Source: Rikenellaceae bacterium (GTDB taxonomy: Bacteria > Bacteroidota > Bacteroidia > Bacteroidales > Rikenellaceae). Taken from it: a DNA stretch of 64,000 nt. The stretch spans positions 5,671-69,670 of the forward strand of contig JAVBPJ010000010.1 in assembly GCA_031549665.1 (NCBI GenBank), in the 5' to 3' direction. A model generated the notes under the pieces. It was not told the DNA's origin. It searched no databases and saw only the letters and a program-made list of their open reading frames with translations. This document shows, in pieces, positions 59,211 to 64,000 of the stretch (its first letter is position 1; every line of letters starts with the position of its first letter). The position numbers were made by a program, and so were the translations under genes.

Positions 59211-60185
59211 TTATTTGTAGTATCTGAAAAATGAGACGACTTTGTATCCGATTCGCCATCGATCACGTCCCGTTCCAATGAACGGCACCATTTCGCTATG
59301 ATCTATTCCAATCACTTCGTACCGTTCGATTTTATATTCATTTTCCGTAAGTTTCTCCTCTAATATCACATTCGGGATGACTCTGTCTTCCTTGTTTGTG
59401 TGTATCAGAAGTATCGGTGGAATATCTTTATCAGGTGCGATATTTTTCAGTGGTAGGGCGTCGTCCCACTGTGAGCGGTCGTTGCCCATTGCATTGACCC
59501 ACACGAGATAAAGGGTTCGTATGTACTCGTCGGGACTGGTAGGCGACAACATTTCGAGTGGGCCGATATAAGGACCTGCATCTGAACTGTATGCAGCTCG
59601 GATGTCAGAGAGCGAGCGCCCCACTTTCTTCAAAAACCGTTCGTTCGTCGAGAGCAGTAGAGCCAGGTGGGCTCCGGAGGAGTGTCCGAACAAGTATATG
59701 CGTTGGGGGTCGCCGCCGTATTGTTCTATGTTGTTGTAGACCCAGTTGAAGGCTCGGGCCACGCTCATAATATGTCGCGGATGTATATCTCGTCGCTGAT
59801 TGAGTGTGTCGCAAGGGTCTGGTGACAGGATGTAGTCTATGGAAACGGAAACGAATCCCATCCTTGCGAAATACTCTATTTGCGGAGTATCCCAGTAATT
59901 CCTATGTCCGGCATTCCAGGCTCCGCCGTGGATGAAAAACACTACGGGCCGAAGTTGTCCGTCGTTTTCGACTTTGTTGAATATATTGAGTCCGAGCCAG
60001 TCAGCATACTTCACATCTTTGTGAGTGGCTACGTCACTGAAAGTGTACTGGTCAATAATTTCCGGCAGTTCAGGGTTTACAAGTGCCGGCACGCTCTCCT
60101 CTTTGTTGCACGAGAGTGTAAGGAACGCAACTGTCGTGAACATTGCCGTTCGGGACATGTGCTTTTTCAGTCTAGTTATTCTCAT
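59211..60185 (-). CDS. Alpha/beta-hydrolase lipoprotein (esterase)
   Basis: Lipobox LTLSC, HGGAW oxyanion, GHSSG nucleophile, C-terminal Asp/His. Confidence 0.85.
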   Translation of the reverse strand: MRITRLKKHMSRTAMFTTVAFLTLSCNKEESVPALVNPELPEIIDQYTFSDVATHKDVKYADWLGLNIFNKVENDGQLRPVVFFIHGGAWNAGHRNYWDTPQIEYFARMGFVSVSIDYILSPDPCDTLNQRRDIHPRHIMSVARAFNWVYNNIEQYGGDPQRIYLFGHSSGAHLALLLSTNERFLKKVGRSLSDIRAAYSSDAGPYIGPLEMLSPTSPDEYIRTLYLVWVNAMGNDRSQWDDALPLKNIAPDKDIPPILLIHTNKEDRVIPNVILEEKLTENEYKIERYEVIGIDHSEMVPFIGTGRDRWRIGYKVVSFFRYYK

Positions 60186-60189
60186 TGGG

Positions 60190-60876
60190 TTATTTGGGCA
60201 GATGCTCCAGCACGGCGTTTGCTATTTTTTGGTGTCCCTCAGCGGTACAGTGTAGTCCATCTTGGAGGAACCACTGGTTGAGCCCTTCGATAAGGGGAGT
60301 GATGTATACTGCTATGGGGCAATTTGAAGCCGCCTCTTGGAATGCGTCATTGTATAGACGTACGCCTTCGAGTAGCAGATTAATTCTGTCTGTCAGCCAC
60401 TTTGGAGGTGTGTATATCGATACAATCACGACTCGCGACACGCCGGCCATCATGCATTGGTCGAGGTAACCAGCCACGTTCCGTTTGAATTCGTCAAGGG
60501 GTACATCTGTTCGTTTCAGACTACGTTTAAAGAAAAGTTTGTATGGTTTCCAAAAAGCTGCCTGCATGATTTGGGGCATTCTGTCCAAAGCTCTGTTTAA
60601 TAAATTGTGTCTCATATAACGTGGAAGGCAGTCACTGATTCCCATTTGTATTATGACGTAATCCGGTGAGTAGAAACGCAAGTTGTCGCCGTAGCTCCAC
60701 TCTTTAGGTTCTGGATTCGAAGTGAGCGACCGGCTGTTGTTACGTCGTTTTGAGAGGGCTATGAACCTCAAGTCGGGTCGGGCGTCTTGCAACAGACAGG
60801 GCCATGTCTCTTCGTAGGGACTTCCGGGACGTGGCAGCGCTGCCGAACTGCCGATGATAAGGACTCTTTTACTCAT
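60190..60876 (-). CDS. SGNH/GDSL hydrolase family protein
   Basis: IIGSS block I variant, QMGISD, DGLH. Confidence 0.78.
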   Translation of the reverse strand: MSKRVLIIGSSAALPRPGSPYEETWPCLLQDARPDLRFIALSKRRNNSRSLTSNPEPKEWSYGDNLRFYSPDYVIIQMGISDCLPRYMRHNLLNRALDRMPQIMQAAFWKPYKLFFKRSLKRTDVPLDEFKRNVAGYLDQCMMAGVSRVVIVSIYTPPKWLTDRINLLLEGVRLYNDAFQEAASNCPIAVYITPLIEGLNQWFLQDGLHCTAEGHQKIANAVLEHLPK

Positions 60877-60921
60877 ATCAATTCTATGTGTGGCGATGTG
60901 TTGTGTGAACGTGTGTGACGG

Positions 60922-61866
60922 CTAGTAGTTTCCGATTTTGTTGTAGTACTCTTTAACGTATTGGGCCTGTTGCTCTATTGTGCAGAAGCGCGATAGGTCA
61001 CCCTCGACGAAGGCTTTGGTTTGGAGGTAGAAGCCGGGTTTGAACTTGGTGTCAAAGAAGTTGTCTATTTCGACAGGCGCAAGGGCCACGCTGCCCAGTT
61101 CTTGTATTTGCAGGCTCTCCATCGGTCGAAGATGGAGGCGGTGTTTGCGCGTGAGAATTTCGACGCTCCAACGCCCAGGAGATTGCCAACCGGCACTGTA
61201 GTTGAATAGTGCTCCATTTTCGGTGCGCCCGGCGCCAGCAAAGATACTGGCCGACGGGTGCCATCCCAACGTATTTTCACCTGCTGTGTAGCAGTTGATT
61301 TCAGTGGGTTCCCCTCCAAGGAAGAATGCTGTATCTATGACGTGTGACGAGTTGCTCAGGAGCCAGTAGCGCATCGTCACAGCTGGGTAATCGGCGGGGT
61401 TGAATGTGTGGGTCCACTCCGTGAACTCGAAGTTGAACGAGGTGACTCCGCCATCCTCGCGTATGATCTCTTCAGCCTTAAGAACCGAGCTATAGAAGCG
61501 GCGGTTGTAGGCCAACACCACGTTTGCTCCTGCCTTGCGGGCCTCCTCTGCGAGGTTGCCTGCTTCATCAGGCATACCGAAACCGGGCTTTTCAAGTAGT
61601 ATGTTCTTCACACCGTAGTAGAGCAGTTGCCGACAGACGTGGCTCAGGGTGTCGGTCTTGACGGCGATTATTGCGCTGTCGGGCAGTGCGGGCTGTGTTT
61701 GCAAAAAGGTCTCGATGCCGCCGCGTAAAGTCACGTGTCCGGTCTCTTGTTCAAATTTGTTGGCAGATTCTTCACCGCGTCCCACGGCCACGTATTCTTG
61801 TCCGAGTTCCGTGAGTACTTTACCATATTCGCATCCGATGAGGCCTGTACCTATTATCCAGATCAT
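60922..61866 (-). CDS. Gfo/Idh/MocA oxidoreductase
   Basis: IIGTGLIG, LLEKPG, AYNRRFY, NSSHVID. Confidence 0.85.
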   Translation of the reverse strand: MIWIIGTGLIGCEYGKVLTELGQEYVAVGRGEESANKFEQETGHVTLRGGIETFLQTQPALPDSAIIAVKTDTLSHVCRQLLYYGVKNILLEKPGFGMPDEAGNLAEEARKAGANVVLAYNRRFYSSVLKAEEIIREDGGVTSFNFEFTEWTHTFNPADYPAVTMRYWLLSNSSHVIDTAFFLGGEPTEINCYTAGENTLGWHPSASIFAGAGRTENGALFNYSAGWQSPGRWSVEILTRKHRLHLRPMESLQIQELGSVALAPVEIDNFFDTKFKPGFYLQTKAFVEGDLSRFCTIEQQAQYVKEYYNKIGNY

Positions 61867-61878
61867 TCTTTAGTGAGG

Positions 61879-62862
61879 TTAGGTTATGGGACAACTGTCA
61901 CCATTGTTCCCGCTGAGTTTGTTGTAAAGTGCAACCATCGGGCGTAGCAGGGCTAAATGAGTTGCTGCCGATTCTGCAAATGGAGTGAGTATTGAGCGGT
62001 TTTCTGTTAGGATTTGTCGGGCGATTTCTCCACTTAGTGTACTCTGATAGCCAAGGTCTACCTTGCTCCATGCCTCCCCATTGCAGGTTATGGTGTCACG
62101 GCCTTCGTCAATATCATAACGGTTACCTTCGGCTTCCACCGTTAGTATGATTGCCGGCGTGCTGCCATTGTCAAGTGGCAAACTGCTTATAATTGCTGTC
62201 GATCCTGCGGTGGTCGTAGCATGTATTGTTCCTGCGAACTCAACGTATCCAGGGCGCTTGTTTTCAAAAATCCGGGGCATCAATGTGCTGGCATCAATGT
62301 TGTTGATGCTTTCGCCTGGGGGCATTAGCATTGCGAACAAGTCGAGAAAATGAACACTATTGCAGCCAAGGCCCCAGTTCCATCCAGCGACTGAGAGTCT
62401 GATGCTGTTCGCCTTGGCGAGTTCTTTTTTCAAACGTTGATATCCGTTGAACATTCTACGTGGGCAATTGACCCAGGTGTTTTCGAACAATTTTTTTTCC
62501 CGTAATAGCCGTTCTACTTCGTCGTATTCAGATATAGCAGGGAACAGGAATTTTTCGAGTATGAGGTTAGCAACTTGCTTTTTTGCCAGCAATTCTTGGA
62601 TGATTGCTACGCGCGGCATCGATCCGGTTGCGATTATCACCAAGTCGAGCTTTGGAGATAGGGCGTTGATCCCTTCGAGGTATTCTACAGTAGCCGTGGG
62701 GTTCGGGGTGATTTCGTCATATCTTTCGCGGGCTACGCGTAGCGATTCAGGGTTGCTGTCTACGACCTGTATGAGCATAGGGAGCGGGGCATGCTTAAGC
62801 CCTTGGAGGTGTCGGCTTCCGAGTTGACCGGCACCTATTACAGCTATATTGTGAGTTTTCAT
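61879..62862 (-). CDS. Gfo/Idh/MocA oxidoreductase
   Basis: IGAGQLGSRHLQG, LILEK, WVNCPRR, CNSVHFLD. Confidence 0.85.
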   Translation of the reverse strand: MKTHNIAVIGAGQLGSRHLQGLKHAPLPMLIQVVDSNPESLRVARERYDEITPNPTATVEYLEGINALSPKLDLVIIATGSMPRVAIIQELLAKKQVANLILEKFLFPAISEYDEVERLLREKKLFENTWVNCPRRMFNGYQRLKKELAKANSIRLSVAGWNWGLGCNSVHFLDLFAMLMPPGESINNIDASTLMPRIFENKRPGYVEFAGTIHATTTAGSTAIISSLPLDNGSTPAIILTVEAEGNRYDIDEGRDTITCNGEAWSKVDLGYQSTLSGEIARQILTENRSILTPFAESAATHLALLRPMVALYNKLSGNNGDSCPIT

Positions 62863-62866
62863 TATG

Positions 62867-63604
62867 TTATATTGCTGTCCAGCCGCCGTCGACTATCAGG
62901 TTGTGGCCGGTGATGTAGCTGGCGTCGTCGCTCAGTAGAAAAGTGACGGCGGGTGCCATCTCTTCGGGGCGTCCAAGCCGCCGTAGGGGCGACTTGGCGC
63001 TGTACCGCTCGACGAACGAAGGGTTTTGGTTGTCCGCCACTCCGCCCGGCGATACGCAGTTCACACGTACGCCATAAGGGCCGTAATATGAGGCAAGGTA
63101 GCGAGAAAAATTGATAATTCCAGCTTTTATGGCCGAATATCCGGCGGGCGATGTGCCGCCGTAGCCCTCGTAGATGGTGAAGTCGTTGCCAACCACACCG
63201 TAGATCGAGCCGAAGTTGACGATCGAACCACTACCCTGCTCTTTCATTACTCCCAGTACTCGTTGGCAGATGTAGAAGACGGCGTTGAGCTGCATATCTA
63301 CGTTCTGTTGCCAGCTTTCGTATTTGACGTCCTCGAATTTAGTCCCCCAATCGGCGGTGCGCGGGTAGGCGGCGTTCACCAGGCCATCGATGCGGCCGTG
63401 CTGTTGCATCACTTGCTTCACGAGTCGGTCTATGGCGGCCGTGTCGGTTAGATCAGATGTAATGTCGGGCTGTTCGCCCCAGCGATTTGCGTCGTAGTCC
63501 ACGCCGATGACGGTGGCGCCGTACTCGCGGCAGTGGCGTACCACTTCGCGTCCGATGAGTCCGCCGCTTCCGGCGACTATGATTACTTTATCCTGCAGCT
63601 TCAC
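62867..63604 (-). CDS. SDR oxidoreductase, PtmA-like
   Basis: GSGGLIG, NAAYPR, SIYG, YSAIKAG, VSPGG, VDGGW. Confidence 0.85.
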   Translation of the reverse strand: MKLQDKVIIVAGSGGLIGREVVRHCREYGATVIGVDYDANRWGEQPDITSDLTDTAAIDRLVKQVMQQHGRIDGLVNAAYPRTADWGTKFEDVKYESWQQNVDMQLNAVFYICQRVLGVMKEQGSGSIVNFGSIYGVVGNDFTIYEGYGGTSPAGYSAIKAGIINFSRYLASYYGPYGVRVNCVSPGGVADNQNPSFVERYSAKSPLRRLGRPEEMAPAVTFLLSDDASYITGHNLIVDGGWTAI

Positions 63605-63605
63605 G

Positions 63606-64000
63606 TTAATTGTATTTGCGGAATACGGGTTTGATTGCGGGACCTACGAGGTATTTTTCAACTCCCTCTTCGAGTGCTTTTTTGTACACTGCCAATGCCT
63701 TTCGTGTGGCTTCGAGTGTGATCTCGAGTTCGCGGTCTCCGTGGGCGTAACTTATTGCAATCCATGGCATTAGCACTCCTTGTTTTATCATCTCTTGCGA
63801 AAAAAGTGTGCGTAGGGGCATCGAAACCTGACCTTGTGCATCGCGCGTTGCGTAACCAGGCGAACATGCCACGCCGCTGACTTCGAACTCTTTTGCGACT
63901 CCCGATTCGCGGGCCACGGCGTTCATTCCGTCAATCAAGCGCTGGCCGTAGTTCCACAGGTGGTCGGTGACGTTGTGCTGTTTATAGAATTTGATGGTTT
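63606..64000 (-). CDS. Class III aminotransferase (glutamate-1-semialdehyde aminomutase-like), C-terminal part; 5' end outside window
   Basis: RTLFSQEMIKQGVLMPWIAISYAH and IKPVFRKYN C-terminus; frame open to window end. Confidence 0.7.
   Translation of the reverse strand, partial: TIKFYKQHNVTDHLWNYGQRLIDGMNAVARESGVAKEFEVSGVACSPGYATRDAQGQVSMPLRTLFSQEMIKQGVLMPWIAISYAHGDRELEITLEATRKALAVYKKALEEGVEKYLVGPAIKPVFRKYN

Overview
High-GC Bacteroidales chromosome segment (Rikenellaceae/Alistipes-like by gene content and TAnnTTTG promoters; taxon is inference). Left to right: end of an Mla-type ABC operon; a Ser-type sulfatase; a six-gene cassette (GT2-GNAT fusion, WecE aminotransferase, polytopic GT-C-like protein, ACP, FabH-like, FabG-like) directly downstream of a type V fimbrial operon (DUF3575, OmpA/DUF3868, three paralogous fimbrillins, Mfa2/FimB-like); housekeeping genes (rbfA, rnhA, GH20, dCMP deaminase, class I fumarase, MscS, secDF, lolD, U32, dnaA, pgm, bcp, recA, relA/spoT, HIT); a 1.8-kb non-coding region downstream of dnaA holding a mosaic of inverted/direct repeats and a candidate structured RNA; a 2.1-kb AT-rich region with an XRE-HTH gene, four ATTACAAnYGTAAY palindromes (three inside its own CDS, in two reading frames) and a dif-like XerC/D site, suggesting a replication terminus with a possible dedicated DNA-binding system; and the distal part of a lower-GC surface polysaccharide locus with probable nonulosonic acid genes. 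No CRISPR, tRNA, rRNA, transposase or integrase was seen. Product calls come from motif recognition only; no searches were run.
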